DNA of 64,000 nucleotides. It comes from Octopus sinensis (taxonomy: Eukaryota). Shown one piece after another: positions 27,248 to 39,890 of this stretch; position 1 is the stretch's first letter, and the number at the start of each line of letters is the position of its first letter. A model generated the notes under the pieces. That model saw nothing but the letters and a program-made list of their open reading frames with translations. It did not search any database and was not told where the DNA came from. A program made the position numbers and the translations under genes. Where the stretch lies: contig NC_043001.1 in NCBI RefSeq assembly GCF_006345805.1, positions 102,548,001 through 102,612,000 of the forward strand. Reading direction: 5' to 3'.

Positions 27248-27715
27248 ATTGTTGTTGGCTTTATCCCATGTCCCAGAATTCATTTTCTTCTTTGCTGAAT
27301 GCCTCGTTTATGGTGATGCTGTTGGTGACTCTGTAGACCAATTCTTGCTAGAAGAGTTGATGGCATTGACTGCAGGGTAATATTGGTGGTGGGTGAGGTT
27401 GATTTTGTTGAGCCCTTCTCTCCTGTCATTTGATTTCTTCCTTTTCTCTTCTGGTGGCCTTGAAGTTTTCGGTTCCAATCCTGATAGAACACCACCACTT
27501 GGTGCAGCCTCAAGCTTGTGTGTCAAACAATTCTGGCTCAGTTCTAGTGGCTGCTTTCAGGGTTGCTTTGAATTGGTCCTTGTGTCTTCGAAGAGGGCAA
27601 TCCTGTGGTGTTTTTCTTGAAGGCAGCTCACTGAATGACAATACCCAGTATAGATGTACAGATAGCATCTGTAGCTATGTTTACATTCATGGTCCTCAAG
27701 TTTAAAGAAATTAAT
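27248..27715 (-). mobile_element. RTE LINE 3' fragment with C-terminal Cys/His motif
   Basis: Minus strand gives ...PLRRHKDQFKATLK..., then CSQCHQL and, after a frameshift, ARIGLQSHQQHH, followed by a ccaacaacaa tail. Confidence 0.7.
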
Positions 27716-27780
27716 TTGTTTTCTAAAATCTCAAACAACTTCTATGAGTGGAGAATGGCTATGAAGGAAAGATTTAACAG

Positions 27781-30700
27781 TTTAACATTTTAAACCAAAC
27801 ATATTTAGCAAAATAATCTACCTATTTTATGTTCAAACCAGCTATATCTGGTCAAAATATTCTACCTGTCTTACGTTCAAACTTACAAGATATAGTCTCT
27901 CAAACCTACCCAACAAGATATGGTCTCTCAAACCTACCCAACAAGATATGGTCTCTCAAACCTACCCAACAACATATGGTCTCTCAAAACCTACCCAACA
28001 ACATATGGTACTTCAAACCTACCCAACAACATATGGTCTCCCAAACCTACCCAACAACATATGGTCTCTCAAACCTACCTAACAAGATATGATCTCTCAC
28101 ACCTACCCAACAAGATGTGGTCTCTCAAACCTACCCAACAACATATGGTCTCTCAAACCTACCCAACAACATATGGTCTCTCAAACCCGCCCAACAAGAT
28201 ATGATCTCTCAAACCTACCCAACAACATATGGCCTCTCAAACCTACCCAACAAGATATCTCTCTCAAACCTATCCAACAACATATGGTGTCTCAAACCTA
28301 CCCAACAACATATGGCCTCTCAAACCCACCCAACAAGATATGATCTCTCAAACCTACCCAACAACATATGGCCTCTCAAACCTACCCAACAAGATATGTC
28401 TCTCAAACCTACCCAACAACACATGGTCTCTCAAACCTACCCAACAACATATGGTCTCTCAAACACGCCCAACAAGATATGATCTTTCAAACCCACCCAA
28501 CAACATATGGTCTTTCAAACCTACCCAACAACATATGGTCTCTCAAACCTATCCAACAACATATGGTCTCTCAAACCTATCCAACAACATATGGTCTCTC
28601 AAACCTACCCAACAACATATGGTCTCTCAAACCTACCCAACAACATATGGTCTCTCAAACCTATCCAACAACATATGGTCTCTCAAACCTACCCAACAAC
28701 ATATGGTCTCTCAAACCCACCCAACAAGATATAGTCTCTCAAACCTACCCAACAACATATGGTCTCTCAAACCTACCCAACAACATATGGTCTCTCAAAC
28801 CCACCCAACCACATATGGTCTCTCAAACCCACCCAACAACATATGGTCTCTCAAACCTACTCAACAACATATGGTCTCTCAAACGCACCCAACAACATAT
28901 AGTCTCTCAAACCCACCCAACAACATATGGTCTCTCAAACCTACCCAACAACATATGGTCTCTCAAACCTACCCAACAACATATGGTCTCTCAAACCTAC
29001 CCAACAACATATGGTCTCTCAAACCCACCCAACAAGATATAGTCTCTCAAACCCACCCAACAAGATATAGTCTCTCAAACCTACCCAACAACATATGGTC
29101 TCTCAAACCTACCCAACAACATATGGTCTCTCAAACCTACCCAACAACATATGGTCTCTCAAACCCACCCAACAACATATGGTCTTTCAAACCTACCCAA
29201 CAAGATATGGTCTCTCAAACCTACCCAACAAGATATGGTCTCTCAAACCCACCCAACAAGATATAGTCTCTCAAACCTACCCAACAACATATGGTCTCTC
29301 AAACCTACCCAACAACATATGGTCTCTCAAACCTACCCAACAACATATGGTCTCTCAAACCCACCCAACAAGATATAGTCTCTCAAACCTACCCAACAAC
29401 ATATGGTCTCTCAAACCTACCCAACAACATATGGTCTCTCAAACCCACCCAACAAGATATAGTTTCTCAAACCTACCCAACAACATATGGTCTCTCAAAC
29501 CTACCTAACAAGATATGATCTCTCAAACCTACCCAACAAGATATGATCTCTCAAACCTACCCAACAACATATGGTCTCTCAAACCCACCCAACAACATAT
29601 GGTTTTTCAAACCTACCCAACAAGATATGGTCTCTCAAACCTACCCAACAACATATGGTCTCTCAAACCCACCCAACAAGATATAGTCTCTCAAACCTAC
29701 CCAACAACATATGGTCTCTCAAACCTACCCAACAACATATGGTCTCTCAAACCTACCCAACAACAATTGGTCTCTCAAACCTACCCAACAACATATGGTC
29801 TTTCAAACCTACCCAACAACATATGGTCTCTCAAACCTACCCAACAAGATATGGTCTCTCAAACCCACCCAACAGGATATAGTCTCTCAAACCTACCCAA
29901 CAACATATGGTCTCTCAAACCTACCTAACAAGATATGATCTCTCAAACCTACCCAACAAGATATGATCTCTCAAACCTACCCAACAAGATATGGTCTCTC
30001 AAACCACCCAACAAGATATGATCTCTCAAACCTACCCAACAAGATATGATCTCTCAAACCTACCAACAAGATATGATCTCTCAAACCTACCAACAAGATA
30101 TGGTCTCTCAAACCCACCCAACAAGATATAGTCTCTCAAACCTACCCAACAAGATATGGTCTCTCAAACCTACCCAACAAGATATGATCTCTCAAACCTA
30201 CCCAACAAGATATGATCTCTCAAACCTACCCAACAAGATATGATCTCTCAAACCTACCCAACAAGATATGATCTCTCAAACCTACTCAACAACATATGGT
30301 CTCTCAAACGCACCCAACAACATATAGTCTCTCAAACCCACCCAACAACATATGGTCTCTCAAACCTACCCAACAACATATGGTCTCTCAAACCTACCCA
30401 ACAACATATGGTCTCTCAAACCTACCCAACAAGATATGGTCTCTCAAACCCACCCAACAAGATATAGTCTCTCAAACCCACCAACAACATATGGTCTCTC
30501 TCAAACCTACCCAACAACATATGGTCTCTCAAACCTACCCACAACATATGGTCTCTCAACCTACCCAACAACATATGGTCTCTCAAACCTACCCAACAAC
30601 ATATGGTCTCTCAAATCTACCCAACAACATATGGTCTCTCAAACCTACCCAACAACATATGGTCTCTCAAACCCACCCAACAACATATGGTCTTTCAAAC

Positions 30701-32274
30701 CTACCCAACAAGATATGGTCTCTCAAACCCACCCAACAAGATATAGTCTCTCAAACCTACCCAACAACATATGGTCTCTCAAACCTACCCAACAACATAT
30801 GGTCTCTCAAACCTACACAACAACATATGGTCTCTCAAACCCACCCAACAACATATGGTTTTTCAAACCTACCCAACAAGATATGGTCTCTCAAACCTAC
30901 CCAACAACATATGGTCTCTCAAACCCACCCAACAAGATATAGTCTCTCAAACCTACCCAACAACATATGGTCTCTCAAACCTACCCAACAACATATGGTC
31001 TCTCAAAACCCCCCAACAAGATATAGTCTCTCAAACCTACCCAACAACATATGGTCTCTCAACCTACCTAACAAGATATGATCTCTCAAACCTACCCAAC
31101 AAGATATGATCTCTCAAACCTACCCAACAAGATATGGTCTCTCAAACCTACCCAACAAGATATGATCTCTCAAACCTACCCAACAAGATATGATCTCTCA
31201 AACCTACCCAACAAGATATGATCTCTCAAACTACCCAACAAGATATGGTCTCTCAAACCCACCCAACAAGATATAGTCTCTCAAACCTACCCACAAGATA
31301 TGATCTCTCAAACCTACCCAACAAGATATGATCTCTCAACCTACCCAACAAGATATGATCTCTCAAACCTACCCAACAACATATGGTCTCTCAAACCTAC
31401 CCACAACATATGGTCTCTCAAACCCACCAACAACATATGGTTTTTCAAACCTACCCAACAAGATATGGTCTCTCAAACCTACCCCAACATATGGTCTCTC
31501 AAACCACCCAACAAGATATAGTCTCTCAAACCTACCCAACAACATATGGTCTCTCAAACCTACCCAACAACATATGGTCTCTCAAACCTACCCAACAACA
31601 ATTGGTCTCTCAAACCTACCCAACAACATATGGTCTTTCAAACCTACCAACAACATATGTCTCTCAAACCTACCCAACAAGATATGGTCTCTCAAACCCA
31701 CCCAACAAGATATAGTCTCTCAAACCTACCCAACAAGATATAGTCTCTCAAACCTACCCAACAACATATGGTCTCTCAAACCTACCTAACAAGATATGAT
31801 CTCTCAAACCTACCCAACAAGATATGATCTCTCAAACCTACCCAACAAGATATGGTCTCTCAAACCTACCCAACAAGATATGATCTCTCAAACCTACCCA
31901 ACAAGATATGATCTCTCAAACCTACCCAACAAGATATGATCTCTCAAACCTACCCAACAAGATATGGTCTCTCAAACCCACCCAACAAGATATAGTCTCT
32001 CAAACCTACCCAACAAGATATGATCTCTCAAACCTACCCAACAAGATATGATCTCTCAAACCTACCCAACAAGATATGGTCTCTCAAACCCACCCAACAA
32101 GATATAGTCTCTCAAGCCTCCCCAACAAGATATGATCTCTCAAACCTACCCAACTGTGTCTAAAATTAAACAGTCAGTTATCTTCTCAAAGCTACATGAT
32201 GCATCATTCATTCAAAGCAATGAGAACGAATAAACATTACATTTGACAGGTGAATCTGAATGCGAAAGGGTTAG
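27781..32274. mobile_element. piggyBac-like MITE split by an internal minisatellite expansion
   Basis: Left flank ...aaatattctacctgtcttacgttcaaac and right flank ...acatttgacaggtgaatctgaatgcgaaagggttag both match the 3829-4052 copy in order. Confidence 0.75.
27886..32153. repeat. 28-bp minisatellite, ~4.3 kb, about 150 units, consensus tctcaaacctacccaacaa(c/g)atatggtc
   Basis: Direct reading of head-to-tail units with no spacers. Copy number is length divided by 28. Confidence 0.97.
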
Positions 32275-33772
32275 TTGGATGAATTTTGGGATAAAATTAT
32301 TCCAATTACTAATTTATCTACAAACAGGAAGTCAGGTCAGTATTTACGCTTACATTTTATCTACATGAGAACATTAATTCAAGAAAATGCTGCAAAATTC
32401 TCAGACCATCTTAAGATAATGATGCTCTTAAAGGAAACCCCCAGGCAGTGTAATGCTTTGTGAAAACCGCCGTTCACTAATGAATATTTGAAGTACAAAC
32501 TTTTATATTCATAGCCAGTTGTTGTCAATAAGTGTAGTTCTTTTTATAATACTGATGGTCATAGTTGTGCCAACAGCCTGTCATCGTTCTTCCAATCATA
32601 ATGTCATCATAACATTATTTGTTTATTCCACTGGTCTTCACTTTGCCCATTAAGTCACAAATTTGTATTTCATTCTCAAAGTGACTCTAAGACGACCAGA
32701 CCTAATGAGTTCAGATTGAAAATTCTAAAACCTCATTCACAGAAAAACAGCTGTAAGGGAATTGAAACACTGCTGCTTCTGTCTTTGTCATCACTACCAT
32801 CATCACCATAATGGCAGATTCTACACAGTAGGTAAGGATTTGCTTCAGTATTTCACTGTTCCGAGCAACATTCGAACCATTGCAGCATAGGTTTTTTTTT
32901 TTATATATATATTCTTTAAGTACTGATTAAATATGTACCAGTAAATAGAGACAGGGTGACTCTACATTTAAGGTACAAGATTACTGATGACAGGCTCTTC
33001 AGTTCAGATGTCACTGCTAAGAAGCTTTGTACCATAGCACTTTCTTCTACTTAGTTTGTTTTACTGAATAACATAAACCATTTCCACATTCACAATTGAC
33101 TATGTAGTATATAAACAATTGGTACATATATTATTGGGGACAATGGAATAAGTACCATTGAGCACTGGGGTCGATGTAATTGACAAGCCCCCCCCCCCCA
33201 TTTCAGGCTTTGTGTCTACAGCAGAAAGGATTACTAATGCCAATGCTGTTGTGTTTCTTAGAATGATACAACAAAAATGATCAGCGTTTGACTTATTGGA
33301 AACTGAAAGTGGTAAAGAAAATATCAAGCATTTGGGGTGGGGGAGAAAAAGAGAGAAAAAAAATCACTCTGAGTGATCCCTGCAGCTTCATGGAAAAAAC
33401 TAAACCAAAATTGTAAATTTACATAAAATGGCATTAAATTTTGGCAATAAAATGACAAGATGGTTGATCCATTGGACATAAAAAAGAAGTCTTGTATAGC
33501 TAACTTTGTAATAACATCAACTAATCAAGCCATCAAACCAAAAGAAGCCTCTACATAGAACACTGACCTACAAGAAATAGCAACTAAATTTCCTTTAAAT
33601 CACAGAAAATTTAAATAAAAATCCACTGGGTAATGTCCCACCAACACACTCACTGAAAGGAAAAAATGGCAGAATGGTCATGTTTGAAACACCTTTGAAC
33701 ATATGTTCAATTAAGGCTAACCTGGGTTAAACTAAGAACAACAGCATCAAGCAAGTATTTTTTTGTTATTTA

Positions 33773-33983
33773 GGTGGCAAGCTGACAGAAACATTAGCAC
33801 ACTGGGCTAAATGCTTAGCGGCATTTCGTCTACTTCACATTTTGAGTTCAAATGCCGCCACAGTCGACTTTGCCTTTCATCGACCCTGAAAGGATGAAAG
33901 TACCAGTTGCATACTGGGGTCAATCTAATTGACTGGCCCCCTCTCCAAAAGTTTCAGGCCCTTGTATCTAGAGCAGAAAAGAA
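33773..33983 (+). mobile_element. SINE family A with internal micro-inversion
   Basis: ggtggcaagctgacagaaacattagc head. The central domain is inverted at 33874-33900. Approximate TSD tatttt(t/c)tgttattt. Confidence 0.75.
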
Positions 33984-34425
33984 TATTTTCTGTTATTTTG
34001 TGTATAATCTGGCTATTTTATATTAGTGTCTTTAGATAGTTCATTTCTTGATTTATTTATTTTTTGATAGCCATTATAATTTGATTGTCTAACAACTGAT
34101 TAAATAAGACTTATTAAGGATTCTCTAATTTAAATGAAATTTGAAATTAAGATATTTCAGAGAGAAGCTGAAAGTATCAAATGACATATAAATATTCAGT
34201 ACAACACAGCAGTAAAGAGAAAGAAATGTATTTATACCTGTTTATGAAAATAACTGGACAACAACACCTGCTTCTAGGTGAAGGACTCACTGCAGTTCAT
34301 TTCAGGCTGCTTCTTGTGGCAATCATTCAGAAACAAATAACAATGCTACACTGTCTCTAAAAATTACAACTCTTGGCCCAACTTATGGATGTCAATTTAA
34401 TCAACTATGTTCGTTATTCCTTCTT

Positions 34426-35845
34426 CATCATCGTTTAATGTCTGCTTTTCATGCTGGCATGGATTGGACAGAAGTCAGCTAGAAAGGAGCCTGCACCAGA
34501 CTTCTGTGTATTTTGGCAGGGTTTTTACGACTGGATGCCCTTCCTAACGCCAACCACCCAGAGTAGAGTGAGTGCTTTTTATGTAGCACCAGCACAGGCA
34601 AGGTCAGTTTTGGCATGGTTTTTTTTTACAGCTGGATGCCAACCACTTTACAGAGTGGACTGGAAGCTTTTTACGTGGCACCAGCACCGACAGGGTCACC
34701 AAGTAACTTGCAAGACAAAGATCCTTTGAGAAGGGAGGGGCCATTGGAGGAGGTGGCTCCATGCCAGGTGATGAAAGGTTAGAATGAGACAGAGAGAAAG
34801 AAACAGGTATCTTGTTGTAGAGGAGGTACATGGCTACCTGGCTAGAAAGAGAGAGGGAGGGGGAGAGAGAGAGAGAGAGTGGGAGACAGCAACAGTGCAA
34901 GAGAGAACAGGAGAGATTGTGGCAAAATGCCGGGCATATTCACAAGGGACAGGGATCAGAATATAAATGGGATGATCAAGAAAAGAGAAAGATAGAGGGT
35001 AGTAAGTGCTAGGGCATACCTTGAGGTATGGAGATCATAATGTAAGTGGCAGGGCATTGCCAAAGAGGCGCGAGTAGAGAGTGGGGGGAGGGTAATGCAG
35101 TGAGTGGTGAAAACCTTGGTATATATTGAGGGGGTGGAGGGGAGGTACTGGATAGCAATGATACAGTGAACAAGACTGGGAGGACAAAATTGGGGAATGA
35201 GAGATAAGCACAATGCATGAAAGAGGAGATATGAGGAACAGCCGAGATGTAGTTTGGTTTGTTAGGGTAGGGTAGGTTGTGTGAAAAGTTTCTTGTTCTG
35301 TGTGGGTAGAACACAGCACTTCTGGAATTCATTTTGCTGACATGGGCAGGTCTTCTCAAGAATCTCATATCATTAGACATCTTGGTCCATTGTCATTTCC
35401 GCCATGTGATCCCACATCCTGAGATCAGTCCTTACCACTTCATCCCATGTCTTCCTGGGTTTCCCTCTTCCGTGGGTACCATCCACATTTAGTGACCAAC
35501 ACTTCTTTATACAGCTGTCTTCAGTGACCAACACTTCTTTATACAGTTGTCTTCATTCATGCGCATCACATGTCCAAACCAACATGCTGCATTTGATTCC
35601 TGACTTTTCTCTCAATACATTTGCACTTTGTCATACATGCACACTGATGTTGCACATCCAACGGTGCATACTACCTTCATTCCTCTTTAGTCTATGCATG
35701 TCTTCCACATTCAGAGCCCATGCCTCACTACTATGTAGTATAGCCATTTTCACACAAGCATCATACAGTCTGCCTCTCATTCTTAGAGAGAGTCCTTTAG
35801 TTACCAACAAAGGTAGTAGCTCCCTGAACTTGCTCCATCCTATTT
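34426..35845 (-). mobile_element. 5'-truncated RTE LINE (ORF2 C-terminus plus long 3' UTR)
   Basis: IGWSKFRELLPLLVTKGLSLRMRGRLYDACV...WFGHVMRMNEDNCIKKCW, same family as 24019-24612. Carries a 32-bp tandem duplication at 35491-35554. Confidence 0.85.
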
Positions 35846-38192
35846 CACATAAAGCATCTATAAAAGCTAAATTTATAAGTTCAAAAATTGCAGAATTTGT
35901 TAGTGGGCAGTTTACCTTAAAGGTAAAGCACTATGACTGGTAATCACAGAGATGTGAGTTCGAGTCTCATGGCTGGTACTAATAAATTTTTCTGCAATAT
36001 AAGGATGTTCTATCCTATTCATGCTATTCAGCATTATTATTACTATTACTATTATCATGCATTTGAGAATAAAATATTTCCATATCTGTATATTTCAATA
36101 CATCTCAAGGCTTCAAAAAAAAAAAAAAAGAAAAACAAGTGAACTTTGTTTACATACAACATAATTTCTAGAAACAAAACTTTCAAAGCATCTTCCACCA
36201 CTGCTAATTTGGTCACCTAGGTAACAGAAACTACCTACAACTTCAAGAGAGCCTCCTGGGCATTTGAGAGAACCTAAGTCTCATGTGCTTCAAGTGATTA
36301 TTGTTCCTGCACATCTACCGCATTTGAAGATGACTTATCTTTCTATATTCTAGTGTTCTTCATTTCAAGAGCTAAACAAAAAGGAGGCAGATAATTAGTT
36401 AGCATTTTGGTTAATTATCTGTCCAGATAATTAATTGGTCAGACTATGCTATTTCAAAGAAAGGGTAACGACTGTTAATGGATATTGAAACAGTAAAAAG
36501 TAACCGGAAAAATTCTAGACACTACAGAAGCTTGCTCAGATCTTCAGTTTTGAAAGAGGTTCGATAAGTAAACCAACTACGCTCCTCCATTTAATATCCC
36601 AATGCAGGGACAGAGTCAACTACAACAGACACAGGCACAGGTGTGTGATCAAGAAATCTGCTTCTGACTCATGTGGCTCCAAGTTCAGTCTCACAGCATG
36701 GCACCTTGGGCAAGTGTCTCATATAACCCAGGGATTGCCAATGGCTTGAAAGAGAATCTGATTAATGGAAACTGAAACAGATCCATTGTGCCTGTGTAAA
36801 TATTTTTAAAAACCTATGCCAAGCTGATGTCATAGGTTGCAGCTCAGAAACTGACATTGTTAGCATTACCTGAGTGATGCTAACATGAAAACGAAGGTGC
36901 AAGAAGATGAAATGAACATTCTTTATCTTTTTATACAAAAGACTTTTTATTTATAGACTAAACTGATAATAAGGAAATAGATAATTTGTTAGTAAACCAT
37001 GATGTTGATCAGAACAAATTATTACAAAAGAAAAACTTTGCTGCTTCAAATGTTATTTGCGATGCAGAGAGAGGGGGGGGGGAGAAGTACCTAGAACTGT
37101 AACAAAGACAGTTACAAGAGACAAATGCATCTCAGCATCATTAGCAAAACCCAAACTGTTTTGGACCCTAGAGTCATACTGTAAGTGGGACTAAGAGAGA
37201 GAGAAACTAAAATGATATGATGATGGACTGCTTGGATGAACACAAAACAATGAAATATTAGAAAAACAATTTAAGTAAATGGATGGATGAATTTAAAAAG
37301 TAAAAGTAAGTGCTGGTAGAAAAATTCCAAGTTTATAAAAGAATTGCAAAAATAAAAGATTATGCCATGAAGATGGTAGAGAAAGATAAATTATGGAGAT
37401 TGTAAATTTGAATGAGAGAATTGGGTTTACAGGAACTGAATGATGCAAAACAAGTGTTGAAAGAGTTTCCATGGGTCTATTATTGTCTAAGAAACAATGC
37501 TAATTCAACAGTTGATCCATTTCTAAATATTTATTTATTCTAGAACTACGTCTAGTGAAACATATCTTATGTCTAGTTTGGATGAGATGTGGTAGGATGC
37601 AAGTAGTCTATATTTACAGTATACAAATTAGTCAGACAAATTTGCATAAAGATTAAGGATCTTAAAAAGCTACACACACACACACACACAAGTTCATCCA
37701 ATATGAAATATAAATACTATTATTCTTGTATATTTTTTCTGGATTCAATCCCTGCACTGCAGCCATATAGGGGCACCACCTTTAAGAGGTTTAGTTAATT
37801 ATATAATTAGCCCCAATGCTTTGTTTGGAAGTTATTTTATTAATTTTGTAAAGGAGAAAAGTCAAAGTTGACTTGTGCATTTAGAAATACAGACAAGAGG
37901 AAACCCAAAATTTTATGTTCAATGGCCTGATTCAGCTAACTCTTGCCCATGTCCACGTATTAACTCACTCTCTTTCTTTCTCTTTCTCTCTCACACACAC
38001 CCACACACACAAAGATAAGCATCTAAGGATTTTCCAGGCAATTTCCCACCCGTTAAATTTCACAGAGCAAGCTTTAATCAATCTGAAGTTGCCCACGGTG
38101 CACCCAATGTCAGTGAGTGTGGAACCATGTGATGATCAAGCAAACACAGTCATGCCTACACTCTCTTAAACACATTTCCATTTATACATATA

Positions 38193-38422
38193 TTAACCCT
38201 TTTATTACCAACCCAGCTGAAACTGGCTCTGGCTCTGTAGTACAAATCTCTTGTTTTAATAAGTTTTGAATAAAAATCTTCCACCAAAAGTTAGTCACAA
38301 TTTATGTTCCTAACACTAGCTTAATGATAACTAAGTTATTTTACTAAATTCTTTGTTATATTCAGAATTAATTGAAAGAAACACAAAGCATCTCAAAATA
38401 ATTACGGTAATGAAAGGGTTAA
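38193..38422. mobile_element. piggyBac-like MITE (second family)
   Basis: TTAA-cccttttattacc...ggtaatgaaaggg-TTAA: terminal inverted repeats and TTAA TSD. Confidence 0.8.
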
Positions 38423-38817
38423 CTGCTACAGGTAAACCATAAACTTAAAGATTTTAATGAGTTACAGGAATATAAGCAATACAAATACCAAAGCATTGTA
38501 GTTTTTAACTCTACCAAGGCAGAATGAGACTACATCAAATCAAACATGTGATCCTTCAGTGGCCACACCTACATGTCTTCGCTTGCAGTTGTAACCCAAA
38601 TTTGTTTTAGAATAAGGATAAATAATGCATTTATATGGAATGCATTTGCAAACTTTATAGTTTATTACATAACTTGTCTGAGAGAGAAAATTTTGGAGTT
38701 TACAAAGAAATATACAATAAAAAAACAAAACAAAAAACTCTTGATATTATTCTGCATATCTCATGTTGAGAGAAACAAACACTAAAACAGTTACAATGGC
38801 AACAAGGATAATAACAA

Positions 38818-38848
38818 CGATGATGATGAGTTGTAGTGGTGGTGGTGG

Positions 38849-38881
<33 letters not shown>

Positions 38882-38903
38882 CGACGACGACGACGACGAC
38901 GAC
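38818..38903. repeat. Compound (GAT)/(GGT)/(GAC) trinucleotide run
   Basis: Direct reading. Confidence 0.9.
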
Positions 38904-39674
38904 AATGGCAACATCTGCTGCCCCAATCAAGATGGGTAACTAGAAAGTATTAAATCCTACAACCAAATGACTGAACAATCCAAGGTGATAGCATTTAGCT
39001 TCCAGTCATCAAAATTCCCATCTCTAGAAATTTGTTAGATAATTGTTCTGTAAACTAACTTCTTTTTTTAACTTTTTTCTTTTACATTTTATATTGCACC
39101 AAGACAGTATACATGAAGATTACTTGAAGATAGCATTCTCATCTTCAACCAATAAGAGAAATAATGCCAAACAAAAAAAAAAAATAATAATAATTTAAAA
39201 AAAAGAAGAAAAGAATCTTGTAAAAATGCTTGAGAGAGACAGAAAGAAAAGAGCTGTTTCCTTCCTTCTTTGCAATTCTGAAAATGAAACGTAGTGAAGG
39301 TGATGTTGCTGTTGAACAGATATTTCCTTTTCCTTCAATTTGTAAACTCACAGTAACACAATGTTGATGTCATATTTGTGAAAGATTAATAATACTAAAT
39401 AACTGCAACAGCGAACATAATTTCATTCCAAAATCAGCAATTAGAAAGGAGATAAAAGACAACAACAATAACAACAATATTAACAAAACAGAAGAGAGCA
39501 TGAGTGTTAGTGGGGACAAAACAGAACAAAAAGAGAAATAATCTGAAAAAATGAACAAATGTGACGGAACATACATACACACTAAAGTACACATTGGATA
39601 CACATGCACATACACTTAAATGCATACACATACATAAATACTCATGTACACACACTCACACAAACACACACACA

Positions 39675-39715
<41 letters not shown>

Positions 39716-39772
39716 GTACATGTATCCCCTTAAAAGGATATGATGTGCATAGGCATAGACAGTTCACGTAAG

Positions 39773-39890
39773 GCCTAGGTCAGCCCAAGGTTATAGTAGA
39801 AGACACTTGCCCAAGGTGCCACGCAGTGGGACTGAACATGGAACCATGATTGGTAAGCAAGCTACTTACCACACAGTCATTTCTACGCCT
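39773..39890 (-). mobile_element. SINE family B head and core
   Basis: Reverse of ctgtgtggtaagtagcttgcttaccaatcatggttcc...cactgcgtggcaccttgggcaagtgtcttctactata. Confidence 0.75.

Noticed and set aside
27829-31789. Repetitive MVSQTYPTTYGLSNLPNNIWSLKPTQQH ORFs up to 345 aa
   Set aside because: An 84-bp (3 x 28) periodic artefact appearing in all three frames and broken by indels. No coding signal.
27886-32153. CRISPR array or telomeric repeat
   Set aside because: Units are head-to-tail with no unique spacers, no cas genes are present, the context is eukaryotic, and the unit is not TTAGGG-like.
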